A stretch of 64,000 nt of DNA from NCBI GenBank assembly GCA_050273025.1, contig CP158636.1, forward strand, positions 12,524,001 to 12,588,000, in the 5' to 3' direction. Positions 25,401 through 39,300 of the stretch are shown here, one piece after another. The notes beneath the pieces were generated by a model. It made no database searches. It saw only the letters and a list, made by a program, of their open reading frames with translations, and had not been told where the DNA came from. This stretch comes from Cenococcum geophilum (lineage: Eukaryota). Position 1 is the stretch's first letter; every line of letters begins with the position of its first letter. The position numbers were made by a program, and so were the translations under genes.

Positions 25401-28400
25401 GCCAAGGTATTTTTTTTTAGTAGAGTAGAACTTAGACTTATTAATATTAATCTAAAGTCTAGTATTGCCGAGTTTTTAGATAACTTTATTTATATACTTA
25501 GTATGCTTAGCGCGTATTTTAAAAAAGATAAGGACGTCGTTAAGGTAGGTAGTGTAGTAGTTATTAAGGGCGTTATATAGAGTATAGTTAATATAGTTCT
25601 AGAATATAGCGGGTGTGTTATAGGGGCCAAATAGTATAACTAGCATCTTATAGAGTCCGAACTAGGTAATAAATGTTATAAGCTACTTATAGCCCTTCGT
25701 AATCTAGATCTAGTTAAACGCAGTAATTATATTAAGTTTAGTAAAGTACTTAGCACTATAAAGTGCGTTAAGTGTCTTATAGATTAGTAGCAGTAGGTAT
25801 TAATTCTTAATAGTAACTATATTTAGGCCTTAGTAGTTATAGTAGATTTATATACTGCCGCTAGGCTTAGTAGCGAGGAGGAGTAGTACAGTAGCTAGTA
25901 AGGTCGATTCGCGGATAAAACCCTTATCTAGCATTTTATTAATCCACTTCTTTATATACCTAAGTTGTAACCAAAAAAGGAGCTCTTGCTGCACCCGGCC
26001 CAAAAAGACCAAAACCAACCAAAAGAACCCTAAAAAACACCCAGAGAATCCCCCTAAGATGCATACATCGCAGGGGAGGCACACGTCGAACGACGGTGGC
26101 TCGCACTCGCGCGCGACCGCTAGAACTACGCCTAGTAATGGCCCTCTATAACAAAGACGGGCGAATACCACACCATAAAGCGGAAATACCTTTATTAAGA
26201 AGGCATCTGATAAAATATAAAGCCTATTAGACGCGTCTAGTATCTAAAATTATGGGGGAGTAACCGTTAGCCATAACAAACTAATACAGCTAGCAGAATA
26301 GCTCCGCTAGTTTAGCGAACCTTAGGCACCCCTCTAGCAAACCCTTAATTAAATCCTTTAACGGCTAAGCAAAATTAAAAACAAGTATAACCCCCCCTTA
26401 CCGGCGAACCGCACCTAGGCCGCCATAGCTGCGCTTTTATAGCACAGGGAACCCACCCCCCTTAAGTTAACAACCGGGTATATAATTATAATATAACCAA
26501 ACACAGAATAAGCAGAGGGGCTTAGGGGATAATTAGAAACAGAAGTCCTTATAAAGATACGCAAAGAGGTCTATAACGCTATTACAGTCTAATACCTTAA
26601 GAGTGGAGATATTAGAGTCACCCTAAAGGACTAATAGGCAAAGGAACGAGCCGTAAGGGTAGGGGATAGGCTAGGAGAATATATTGGCATAAAAGTACTC
26701 CGCGAGGATTACTTAGTTAAAGTCCCAGCGGTTCCTATAAGCCTTAGGGTAAAAAAGGGACGCCAGGCGGACAATATAGCAATTATATAGGAGATAGTAA
26801 GACAAACGGAACGCCTTATACCAGGACTCGAAATCACCCAAATCCAATAGCTTTAACAGGAAAATGCAAACTAAGCATATAACGAAAATAATAAAAAAAC
26901 ACGAGGGTCGCCGGAGACTCGCTAGGGAGACGCCAGACAAACGCATAGCTCCCTTATTGTTAGCACACATATACTAGGAATGCAAAAACTCCTTATCTAA
27001 AAAGGAATAATTATAAATGGCCTTATATACAACACAAGGCTCTATAACCATAGACTATGCCTAAAATAATGCTATTGCTGTACATAATAGGGACACACCT
27101 AATCTATATGCGCAGCATAGGTGTACTGCGGCCACTGTATAGGCCCCCACAATACGAGATATTACTTAAATTAAGACTAAATAAAATGCGTGAACTGCCA
27201 CCGAAGCATATATAAGGCGTAGGAGAGAGAAGACTACATTAAATATAGGAGACGGAAGGTAAGGGCTTAACAGCTACGGGAATAATTATACGCTAGATTA
27301 TACGAATAGAAATAATAGGCGATAAGCTAGGGGGACGCAGGCGCCTTCCTAGCGTTTCCTACCTTTAATACTAGAGGGCTAGGCCAGCCATCCCAAGCCT
27401 TAACGGGCCAGAAGCGACGCCGTGTAACATTACTAGACTAATTAGGGATATAAGGGTTATAGGGGACATAAGGGAGAGGACGCCCTATAGGAAGACCCCT
27501 ATGGACAGCAATAGTAGGCTTAAGACCAGGATAATTAAGAATTAGACTTAATACGGCAAATATAATATTCGTAGCCGACCTATAAAGGGTATATAGCTAA
27601 CTAGTAAGAATAGGGGAAGAACCGGTAATAATAACAGATTTAGATATAGAAGCGCTAATAGGAACATAAGACATAGGAATAAAAAGCTCTATATAAAATA
27701 AGTAGTAACTAGGGTGTAGATATAAGAGATAGAAGCTCCAAATATTCTAGAGAAAGTAGAAACAGAAGAAATAAGGAACGAAGGAGAGTCGAAGGACCCT
27801 TACTGGGGGTCCGCCACCTATCCATTATACAGTATAACTGCGGCAACACAAACTACTGCCTTGCAAGGCCCCTACTAGATAGTCTAGACCCAGAGAAATA
27901 TTATATCCTTACTATATAAGAACCGTATTATAATACCTTCACATAATTAACATACTGCCCCCGAGGATTTTAGCTCCTATACGAACTAAAAGTAGCCACA
28001 CGCGTGTGCTTTATAATTAGTAAGGCTATTAGCCTGTCCTTATAGTTATAGCAGGTAGTTAACCTAGATATTATAGTTATAACAATCTAAATATATAGGG
28101 GACCGGTACAAATTATTAATGTATATAACCCTAGGGTTAAAGGGGTCCTATAAATAGAGAATATTATATCGGCAATAAGCTTACTAGAAACCGAAGGTAT
28201 AGAGTTTATCCTACTAGGAGATATAAACCTCTACCACCCGTAGTAGGGGGGTATCTATATTGCTGTAGATTAATAGTTAGAGTGCCTACTAAGAGCTATA
28301 GATATCTGGGGCCTTAAGCTAGCCACCCCCCTAGAAGCAATTATATGGCAATGAGGTACCACCAGAAGCACAATTAACCTTATATTTATAGACGAAGGCC

Positions 28401-31400
28401 TATACTAGAGACTTAAAAGGTATAACCCCGAAGAAGAATAGGCACTTACCCTAAACTATATCCCTATCCAGATATAGCTAGACCTAGATATTAAAGCGCA
28501 ACTAAATAGAAAAAGATATGTAATAAGGAAGCTTAAGATAGACAGTTTCCTTAATACAGTTAAATAATAACTCTAAAACCTAGAAGAAATCCACCTAATA
28601 CTAAACAAGCGAGGCTTATTAGCCACCCCTAAGGAAATTGACCGAAGACTAGAAAGGATCTAGGCAGCAATTAAAAATAGGCTAAAAGAGTACTGCCCGA
28701 TCTTAAAACCGGGCCCCTACGCGCGATATATATAGTTTACACAATATGCAGTTCTAGTTGCCAGCTAATGACGAGCAAGAAGGAAATATATAAGTAGCTA
28801 TAACCCTAAAGACAAGAGACGATATAAAGACATAAGAAACTAGCTAAAGAATACCCTAAAAAAAGAAGCAAGGAATAACTAAAGACGGTTTATAAACGAG
28901 CACACTTTTAACCCGAGCCTCCCCTATAATAAGGGCCTTTAGGCTATAGCAAAATGGGTAAAGAAAAAGGTAGGGCGCCTAGCAGAAGACCTATACCTAC
29001 CACCCCTACAAAGAGTAGGAGAATTATAGGCTATAAACAACAACGATAAGAAGGCAAAGATTCTTATAGAAAGGTTCTTCCCCTAACCGGCTCTAGTAGA
29101 CCTTAGTAATATTACGGGCGAAACACTAGTAACTTGCCTGTGGGTTAACAGCGACATAATAATAGAGGAAATGGCTAGAACTATTAGCCGCCTTTTAAAT
29201 AATATAGTACTAGGACCAGATGGGATTCTAAATAAGGCCCTAAAAACCTATGGGCCACTTATAGCACCTTAGCTTGTAGATGTAGCTAGAGTATACTTTG
29301 CTATAGGCTACTACCCACGACTCGGAAGATCTATAACAACGGTTGTCCTACAAAAAAAAGGCAAAGTAGATTACTCAATCCTAGGAAGCTACCGCCCTAT
29401 TACCTTAGAAAACACCCTTAGTAAGATCTTAGAAAGGGTAATAGCGGAACGCATGGCAGATATAGTAGAGGAATACGCCCTACTACCACAAAGTTAAATG
29501 GGGGTAAGAAAGAACCGCTTAACACTATTAGCACTTACGCTACTCGCTGCCACCATTAAATCTGCATGGGCGATGTAAAAGGACTTTATAGTATTAATAC
29601 TTAGCCTAAATATTAGTGGTGCCTACAATAATATACCCTACGAGCGTCTCCTGCATATCCTTAGGGTAAAGGGCTTCCTAGAATAGATTATATAATTTAT
29701 CTAAGGGTTTATAGGCTAGAAAGAAACATTACTAGTCTTTAGCAGATACTAGAGCCCCCCTATTATAGTTATAACAGGAATACCATAAGGATTACCCCTC
29801 TCGCCTATACTCTTCCTTTTCTTTATAAGCAACCTACTCAACTCCTTTAAGGAAGGGGCAACCTAGGGGATAGGCTTTATTAACGACACAAACCTAATTA
29901 CATACGGGCCAACAGCCGTAGAGAATTGTAGAACACTAGAGAAAGCCTATAATACTTATATAGAATAGGCAAAACGTTATAGAGTCCAATTCTTACCAGA
30001 GAAATACCAGCTAATCCATTTCATAAGAAAACGCAACCAATCTGCAGATTTTTAGTATACAATTCGTATTTAAGGCTTTGGGGGTTAACCAGTTTAGGGC
30101 CTAAGGGTATTAGGAGTATAGGTAAATAGTAAGCTCTAGTAGAGCGTATATGCGGCGTAAGCAGCCCATAAAGGCTAAGCACAGTTTATCGCTTTATCTA
30201 GGATTGTTAACTCTACATAGGGTCCATGCTTTTAGAGGTTACGCCTACTATATACAGCAGTCGTCCGGCCAACCATAATATATAGATCCAGTATTTAGGC
30301 CATTGGAGAAACTAAGAAGGGCCCCCCTAAATCACTCCTTAAACCACTTTAAAAGGTCCAGATAGCCTGCCTCTAGAGTATTATAGGCGGGTATAAGCAA
30401 ACGGCCACAGCACTGCTTAAGAAGGAATCCAATATTCCCCCCCTATAGTTATATATTAAAGCCGCTGTAATATAAAGGACATAAAATAAACGTAACTCTA
30501 ATGTTATAAAGTATATTAAGACACGCCTAAGTAAACTATAGAGGGACCTTAGGGTGCCCCGTAGGAGAACAAACCAACAACTTTAAAGTAGGGAAGAGAT
30601 ATTAGAGAAACAGGTAAAGAAAGTAAAAGAAGAATAGTGCCGCTTTAGGGCCCAGGCCTATATAGAGGAGGAAGGAAGACGCGTAAGAGGTTAGTAAAGA
30701 CAATAGTAAGACAGAGAAAGGAGCTAAAGTAAAATACGTAAGAATGCCAGGAAACTATCTACCGCAATGCAATACTAGTTGGACTAACGCTGGAGAGGTA
30801 AATAGGAGTTAAAGGTATAGAGGCTGACTTAGGCAAGATAAACCCAAGCTATAGTATGGTTAACGCTATAGGGGGTAAATACCTAAGGGCTCCAAGAAGG
30901 CCTAATAAAGGCAGAAAACATAATAGCAACACTCTTAAGAACAGGAATAATAGGACTAAAAGATTAGCTTTACTAGGTGGGTGTTCTAGTAGGTAGCCCG
31001 AGATATAAATATGGCTGGCCAAAACAGACACCAAAACACGTAATACTGCTATGCCCCCTACGCACCAATTAAGAAATAATGCTCTTAGCAGCTAGTATAG
31101 AGAACTATAATACACTACTCTTAATATAAAAAGGCCTTAAGGCGGTCACCTAGTGGCTTATTAGTTAAAATGTGCTAAATTAGTTCCGGGTTATAAGGGA
31201 AATAGTAATAAAAGGCAAGGGGGTAAGCAGTAGGTGCCCCCTAGTAACTCTACAGTAGTAGAGTAATAGTTTGTAATACTAGCGCGTCCATAAGCTTATT
31301 ACGGCAGCAGTGGTTCCCAAGGAGGTTAAATAGTAAGGTAGTAGAGCACCATAGGCAACTCATAGGCGCTAAGTAGGCAAGTCCCAAAAGGCGGGGAGAT

Positions 31401-34400
31401 AAATCACGGGGTTTTCTTATTTTTCTTAAATAGAGTTTTCTCCCCACATATAAATAAGGAGTAGTCCGCGTGGGCCTAATAGGGATCCAAATCAGACGTT
31501 AAGCAATGAATTATTATTATTATTATTATATACCTAAGTTTAGCAGGTAAAAGTGGTCTATTTTTATAGTACGGGGCCTAGTTTCTAGGGGTAATCTTAA
31601 TTTTATAGTCCTATGGTTAGTAAGGGGGTAGCTTATATATATTTTTAGGGAGGAAGTGCTTAATATATTTACTAAACTCCTTTAGTAGGCGTTGTAGAAT
31701 ATCTTTGCGGGTTAATCCTAGTTTGCCTTTTAGGAATTTTTTAATATTAGTATTAACTATCTTCTAATGTAAAAGCTTAGGTTTAGTTTTTAAATTTATT
31801 TTAAGGAAGTTATAGAAATAGGGGGGGAGCACTTTATAGGCTTTCTTTATTATATAGTCACCTTCTACTAGCCGGTGGAAAGACCTTTTTAATAAGTTCG
31901 GTACTTCTATTAGGCCTATAGGCAGCTCTTTAAGCAGCTATTGGTGCTTATTTTATTTAACTAGTTCTACTAGCTCTGCTATATAGATCCTTATTACCTT
32001 TACGTCCTTTTATTTATAGAACTAGGTAAAATTAATAGTATAAGTATATTTAATATCGTCTAGGTTAGGGTGTATCTAGTTCTCTAGTACTACGGCTAGG
32101 CTAGCATGGCTTAGTTAGCCTAGGGGGGCGGAAATGAGGCGGCGGCCCTATATAGTACGCGCGGGAGACAGGTATAAGGTTAGGCATTATAGTAGCGCGG
32201 TTTCTATTATCTAGGTCTTAGTAGTTTTATAGCTAATCCTTACTATAATATAAGCTGTAGTGTGCGTATATAGTATATAGCTTAGTTTTAGGTATTAGGC
32301 TAGGCGGCTAGGGTTTAAATAGTGCCTAGGTTAGGGTTAGATTCTTAATAGTAATGGCGTAAAGCAGACCTTCTTTTTTAGTCTTAGCAGGGCTGGCTAG
32401 CCCGTCATTTTAGTCTTAAGTACTAGGGTAGTCCAGTCTTCCACTATCTCGTTTCTTTATAGCTATATAGGCTCCCCTTTATTAGGAACGTCTTCTACTA
32501 TTAAGGCTTTATATATAGTCTTAGGCACTAGGCTTAGTAGAACTAAGTATCTATATAGGGCGTCCCTGCTAATGTCGGTTATCCCCTACGGGAGGTAGTG
32601 CCTAAAGTAGTAGTCTAAGTTAAAGCGGATTTTAAGTTTTCTAAAGCTAGGACGGGGCTTATACTTCTAAAGCTAGGGCATACTTAGAATAATTAGGGTA
32701 GCGGGCGAGAGTTTAGTAATAAGAAAGAGTATAGCTTTAGTATGGAGGCCGATTAATATTTAGGTGGTAAAGTAGTCTATAATAAGCAAAGTTAGAATGC
32801 TATCTGCGAGGCGCAGTAGCCTAGGTGCTAGCAGCTTCTTAATTATAATATTATACTTTCTTATAATAGACTCTATGTTAGTAAATACTATTATAGTACT
32901 ACCAGAGTCTACTAGGCTTACTATATTAATATAAACTTAGGGGTATAGGTTACGTAATAAGAAGAGTTAGGTTTAAATAAGGATTAATTTCTTATTACTA
33001 TTTACTAATCTAAGATTAAGTGGTAGTTTACTAATAAAAAGGACTAATTAATCTAGTAACAAGGACCTAATCTTCTCGTCTTCCTCCTTATATAGTTTAA
33101 ACCCTTAGGCATAACTTAGTCTAAGGGTTTACCTTTTAATAACTAGGGTATAAGGCTATCTTAGTAGGGCGGTCTAGTGTCCGTCTAGCTGGCGGTATTA
33201 GTTTTAGTTTTAGTTAGGGTATAGAAAGATAATACCTCACTAATAATGTAGCCGTATTTATATTCGCTAGCGCGAAGTTACTAATACTAGGCGTTGTTAA
33301 CGGGTTAGGCTCCTATATAGGATATAGTTTAGAGTAACTAAGCTATAGGGTTAAAGGGGGGGGTTTATCCGCCGCGGCTATAATAGGCTCCGTGGTTGCC
33401 GCGTCTGTAATAAACTCTACAGTTACCGCGTCTATGGTTATTAGTTTACGTTATTTAACGGGGTAGTATTAGGACTAGGTTTACTATCTTAGTAGGGTTA
33501 TAAGCATCCTTTTAGTGGCTAGGCAGGCCACAGGTAAGGTATAGTCTATTATTAACGCGGCGCTTACACTCCATGTTTAAGATTCTATTAAGGTTTATAG
33601 GTTTTTTAGTTACTACTAGGGTTAGGGTTAATATAGGGGCAGGGGCTTAGGCAGGTAGGCGGTAGTTAGCGTTCTTCTTAAGGTTAGCTTAGTGTATATA
33701 GTTTGCAAGGTTTTTAGCAAATATATTTATCTGCTTACTCCAACCTATATAGTCGCTATTATTATTTTTATAGGCAAGTTTAAGTACTAGCTCTTCTATC
33801 TTTAGAGAGATAAACTTTTAAAGTAGGTCCACCTTTTATTCGTCTATCTTTTTAGCGCGGACTATTAGCTTATTAAGCTCTTCCTTTTAGGACTAGTAAT
33901 TACGCTCGCCCTAAGGAAAATAGTTAAGCTTATTCTTTACAACTTAGGTTATATTAAGAACCTTATAGTAGGTAGTAAGATCTTTAAGTATATCTTTCTT
34001 AGTAGGCCATTTCTATGCAGATATGTTGTTTAGGTTCTTATATATAAGCTCTAGGCCCTACTTAATAAACTTATAGGCCTTATCCTCTAGTATATCTAAG
34101 ATATAAAGGATTTAGGACTAAACTGTATTAAAGTAGTCTTAGTCCCGGTTAAAGACTCCCTTAATCTTAATATGCTAGGTTTTAAAATTAGCTTATTATT
34201 CTAGCGGGGTACCTTTTCCGCTAAATATTGGCGGGTCTTTAGATCTCCGTTTTTTCTACTAGGTTACTACCGTTATTATAGGGGTTAATTATTTTAGAAT
34301 GGTAATAGTCTCTACCTAGGAGTTAATAGTTCCTATCTAGAAAGCGGTAAGGGCACTAAGGTTTTTATTAGCTTTCTTATTAGCGGTATTTGTGTTATAT

Positions 34401-34964
34401 ATACACTATAGTCCTACTTTAATATTATTAAGGAACTTATTAGTATAGTTAATAAGGGTAAAGTAAGCTTTGCTAGGCTTAAAGGTCTTAGGGTATAGTA
34501 GGGAGCAGAGGATTGTCTATGTAATATTAGGGTATATCTCTATAAAGAGGTCTGCGAAAATATCGCAGGGGTTCTAAGTTTTAGCCATTTTAGCGTTATT
34601 AGTGTCGCCTATCTAGGCGCTAGGTAAAAACTAAGGATCGTTTTAAAACTGTGCTGGGGACGTATTAGTTTTAGCAGAGGCGTATATAGGTCACGATTAC
34701 TTTAGGGTAAAGGTTAATTAGCTAGGGTATAGGGAATTAGTAATCGCGATAGGGCGCAAATTAAAGATACCATAAACTGTCACAGTGCTATAATAAAGTA
34801 GGTTAAATAACTACGTTATAGTATAAAGAGGGGAAGAAGGTAGAAAGGGGGTATTATATATAAATAGTAGGGCCGGCCGCTAAGTCGCTAGTAGTAGGCT
34901 AGCTAATAGTAGGAAATAGTACGAGATAGTATAAAACAGTATGCGTTAGGTTAGTGCCGTAATA
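22477..34964 (-). mobile_element. Gypsy/chromovirus D (~6.9 kb without LINE1), a different family from A/B/C
   Basis: 187-bp LTRs at 22477-22663 and 34778-34964, TSD GTTAG/GTTAA, PPT at 22664-22677. Gag ATG 34588, RT YLND ~25540, integrase ~23400-24400, chromodomain ~23040-23200. Confidence 0.95.
25967..31525 (+). mobile_element. LINE1: Tad1-like non-LTR retrotransposon, full length (~5.56 kb), inserted in the RT of D
   Basis: 15-bp TSD TTATATACCTAAGTT and (TTA)n tail. ORF1 zinc knuckles ~27065-27240; APE motifs LQYNC ~27830 and LLGDxNL ~28210; RT GFIND (= xDD) ~29875; C-terminal CxCGWPKQTPKHVxLLCP ~31005-31060. Confidence 0.95.
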
Positions 34965-36388
34965 GTTAAATAAAGTTACTAATTTAGTAAACTAGTACTA
35001 GGGTTTATTTCTTATTTACTACGGCTTTATAGATAAATTAGGCCTATATTATTTTGTTACTAAGAAACTATTATAGTTTCTCTATCTTCTCTATAAATTT
35101 ATTTACTTTTATAACTTATAAGGCGTAATAGGCGGGGTAAGGGATATTATTAAATGGTTTAAAACCTATTTATAGATAATAGCCGTAGTTAGCTAAGAAC
35201 TAGGGAGACCTTTATAGTTTCTAAAACGGAGTTATATATAGTAAACTTAGTAAATATAAGCTAGTAAATCTAGTTATCCTATAAATATAATATATATATC
35301 TAAATATACTATTCTATTATAGCATTTACACGTCCCATTTAGCTATCTATTTCTAAGTAGTATATATTATTATTATTTATTGCTTGACGTCTAATTTAGA
35401 TCCCTATTAGGCCTATACGGACTACTCCTTATATATATATAGGGAGAAAACTCTATTTAAGGAAACCCCGTAATCTATCTCCCTGCCTTTTAGAACTCGC
35501 CTATAAGGCGCCTATAAGGCGCCTATAAGTCACCTATAGTGCTCTACTACCTTACTTTTTAACCTTTTTAGGAACTACTGCTGCCGTAATAAGCCTACGG
35601 ATACGCTAGTATTGTAAACTTTACTCTACTACTGCAGAGTTATTAGGGGGCGCCCGTTGCTCGCCCCCTCTTATCCTCTATTACTATTTCCTTTATAACC
35701 TAGAACTAGTTTAGTATATTTTAGCTAATAAGCTACTAAGTAACCGCCTTAAGGCCTTTTTATATTAAGAGCAGTGTATTATAGTTCTTTATGCTAGCTA
35801 CTAAGAGTATTACTTTTTAGTTAGTGTATAAGGGGTATAATAGTATTACGTGTTTTAGTATCTGTCTTAGCCAGCTATATTTATATTTTAGGCTACCTAA
35901 TAGAATACCTACCTAGTAGAGCTAGTCTTTTAGTCCTATTATTCCTATTTTTAAGAGTATTGCTATTATATTTTCTGCCTTTATTAGGCCTTCTTAGAGC
36001 CCTAGAGTGTTTACCCCCTATAGTATTAACTATACTACGGCTTAGGTTCCTCTTACCTTAGTTAGCCTCTATACTTTTAACTTCTATACGCCTTTTTAGT
36101 ATTATATTACGGTAGATAGTTTCCTAGCGTTCTTTTATGCTCTACTTTAGCTCCTTTTTCTTTCTTACTATTATCTTTACTAGCCTCTTACGCGTCTCCC
36201 TTTCTCCTTTATATGGGCCTAGGCCCTAAAGCAGTACTATTTTTCTTCTACTTTCTTTACCTATTTCTCTAATATATCTTCCCTACTTTAGGGTTATTAA
36301 TTTATTCTCCTATAGGGCGCCCTAGGGTCCCTCTATAGTTTATTTAGGTGTGTCTTAATATACTTTATAATATTAGAGTTGCGTTTAT

Positions 36389-39300
36389 TATAACGGAACC
36401 TTATAGTAAGAACTATAATGGGCTTATTATTGGGCTAGGTGTATAGGAAATGCAAGTATAAAAGTCAACAACGTAATAATAACTGGTGGAGTGGTTGCCT
36501 AATAGATTAACTTTAATTGTATTCTGAGAATTACTATAAGGAAGAAACTATTTAGGTAGGGATTAAGGGTCCTTAAATACACAACCGTACTTTTATAAAA
36601 TCCTTCTTATATATAATATACGTCTTATCTATATTAAACGTAACGTTCCTTTTATTTAACGCAGCTAATACGTTTAACTATTATATAACCTTAGTTACTA
36701 TTCCTCGTTATATAGTTTTATCGGCTCTATCCTAGACTATACCTAAATTAACTAACTAGCTTCTTTTAACTCTTCTCTAAATAGTTATAATATCGTACTT
36801 AAAGCGTCTATAACACTATCTCCCTTCTCTTTATCTTTGTCCTTAAAGATTCTAAATATCTCTAAGTTGTTTACTAGAGGTATAATATCCATCTAATTAA
36901 TTTAGTTAATATTATTGCTTATTATACCTAAAGCAATTTCTTCTCTCTCTTAGGTTAAGCGTCGCCTTTATATAGTCTCCTTAATACTATTACTAGGTAA
37001 AGTAATAGTAATACCTTACTCTTATTGTGCGAAAGAGGGGTTAAGTTATATTATAATTGCGAGTCCTTTTAGTTACTAACCCTCCTCTTATTCTAAATAC
37101 ACTCGCGCTAATATATATTTATTATATAACGTTTATTCTACATCTAATGCTAAATATACGTAACCTATTACTCTTAATAGTCGTCTAGTTCCCTAATTAA
37201 TTTATCTTAGGGTCTTATATTTAATCTACTACTGTGAAACTTAACGGTAAACTAGCCTCTACGCTGCTTAAGGTTTAGCGTGCCTTAGAAGAGTCCGCAT
37301 GTGTCTTTAAAGCTTAGTATCTAGCTTATATTTATTTTCGGTGTTTAGAACGTGTCTATAAGAAGGTTCGTTTAAAGGAGTAAAAGCTTATTTAATAAGG
37401 TTTATAGGAACTAGGTAATAAAAAAACGGATTCTCTTCTAATAGAGAAGGAAATAGATCTAAGTAGTTTGGTAACTGCTCTTCTTAGGTCCCCTTTAGGT
37501 AACTTATTCTTTAGTAATCCTTTTTTATTAATGCTACCTAACCTAATCTCTTCTAATACTCCTATACCTTTCTTATAGCGTTCTTTAAATTCTCTAGTAG
37601 TTTCTAGGTAGTCTTAGTATAGCCTATCCACTTTACTTTATACTATATTTCGTTGTTAATATCCTTATAATTAACGATCTTTAAAACTTACTATTTATCT
37701 TCTTTTTATCTTTTATACGTGTCTACTTTATAAACTGGTGGCTTAATATTCCTATATACTGGCTTTAGCATTATAATATGCTATATAGGGTAGATCTTTA
37801 TTTTAGCTAGTAGGTTTAACTTAAACGTAACTAATAAAATCCTTTATATAATTTTAAAAGGTCCTAGTCTAACGTAGTCTAACTTCTTACTTAGTTATTA
37901 ACTCTTAAAATTTTTGTATAGTAGCTATACTTTATCTTCCTCCTTAAGATCTGGTCCCTTAGATCTCTTAATATTATAGTACTTTTTTATTCTCTTTTAT
38001 ACTTTCTTTACTAATTCTATAAGGTCTATATAAAGATTTATTAAATCCTTTATTCTCTTTTTAGCTGTACTACTTATTTTCTTTACTTACTATAGTAATA
38101 ATAATATTCTTAGCTTATATCCGTAATTTGCCTTAAATGGTAATGTGCCTATTTCTTCTTAAGGTGTTATATTGTATGTAAACTATATAACTAGTAATAG
38201 CGATACCTAATTATTCTGTATATAATTGATATAATGCCTTAGATACTATTCTAGTGTCTAATTTAATCTTTCTATTTAACCGTCTGTCTATAAATAATAT
38301 GCGGTAGAAGTTACTACTTAAACTTCTTACTTTGCTAAAAACACTTCCTAAAATACTGCTATAAATCTTAGATCTCTATCTAATATAATCTTGCTTAGTG
38401 CTCTATATCTTATAAATACTTTTTTAATATAGATTTTAGTAATATCTTCTATTGAGATTTCTTCCGTATATGCTATAAAGTATCCCTACTTTATAAGCTT
38501 ATCTACTATTACTAAAATTATGTTATAATCTTATCCAGTAATAGGATCTTTTAATTTTGGCAACTTAATAATAAAGTCCTATAATATAATCTCCTATAGT
38601 CTCTCTAGTATTTTAATAGGTTATAGCCCTCTATATAGCTTATGCCTTATTAGTTTATTCCTTTAGTAATTTAAATACTCTTTAGTAACCCTTCTAGCTA
38701 TCCTCTAGATTCCGTTAATAATGTACTTCTCCTAGAGTCTTAATACTAAGCCCATAGCTCTATTGTGTCCTTAAGTTAGTCCCTTATAGAAGTCTTTTAT
38801 AAACTGCTCTGCTATACTTCTTAGGATATACTTTATTTTTTAATTTTTGTATATATCTGTCTATAGATCTTCTAGCTATACTTTTAGAATTCTTTATACC
38901 TAAAAGCTTTCTAGTGTTTTGTAGACTTTTTTTAGTTTATTATCTTTTTAAGTTGCTATAATTTTTAGATAATTATACTTAATTAATCCGTCTATATCTT
39001 TTTATAATAAAGCCCCTAATAGCTTCTCCTTATTTTATAGTTTAGCTTTATAGCTTAGAGCGTCTGCCTGCGTATTATCTATACCCTTAATATACTAAAT
39101 CTTAAAATAGTATTCCGTAAGTATCTCTACCTATCTAACCTATCTTTAGTTAAGTTTCTTTATTGTTAGGAATCCTATTAAGTTTTTATAATCTATTTTA
39201 ACTATAAATAGTTTCTCTATACCTTATAAGAATGCTCTCTATTTTTTTAACGCTATAACTATACCTAATAACTCCTTATTATAGATATTATAGTTTAACT

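Noticed and set aside
25848..26171. Similar short ORFs at 25848-26171 and 59348-59551
   Set aside because: Antisense readings of the LINE 5' UTR; the similarity simply reflects two LINE copies.
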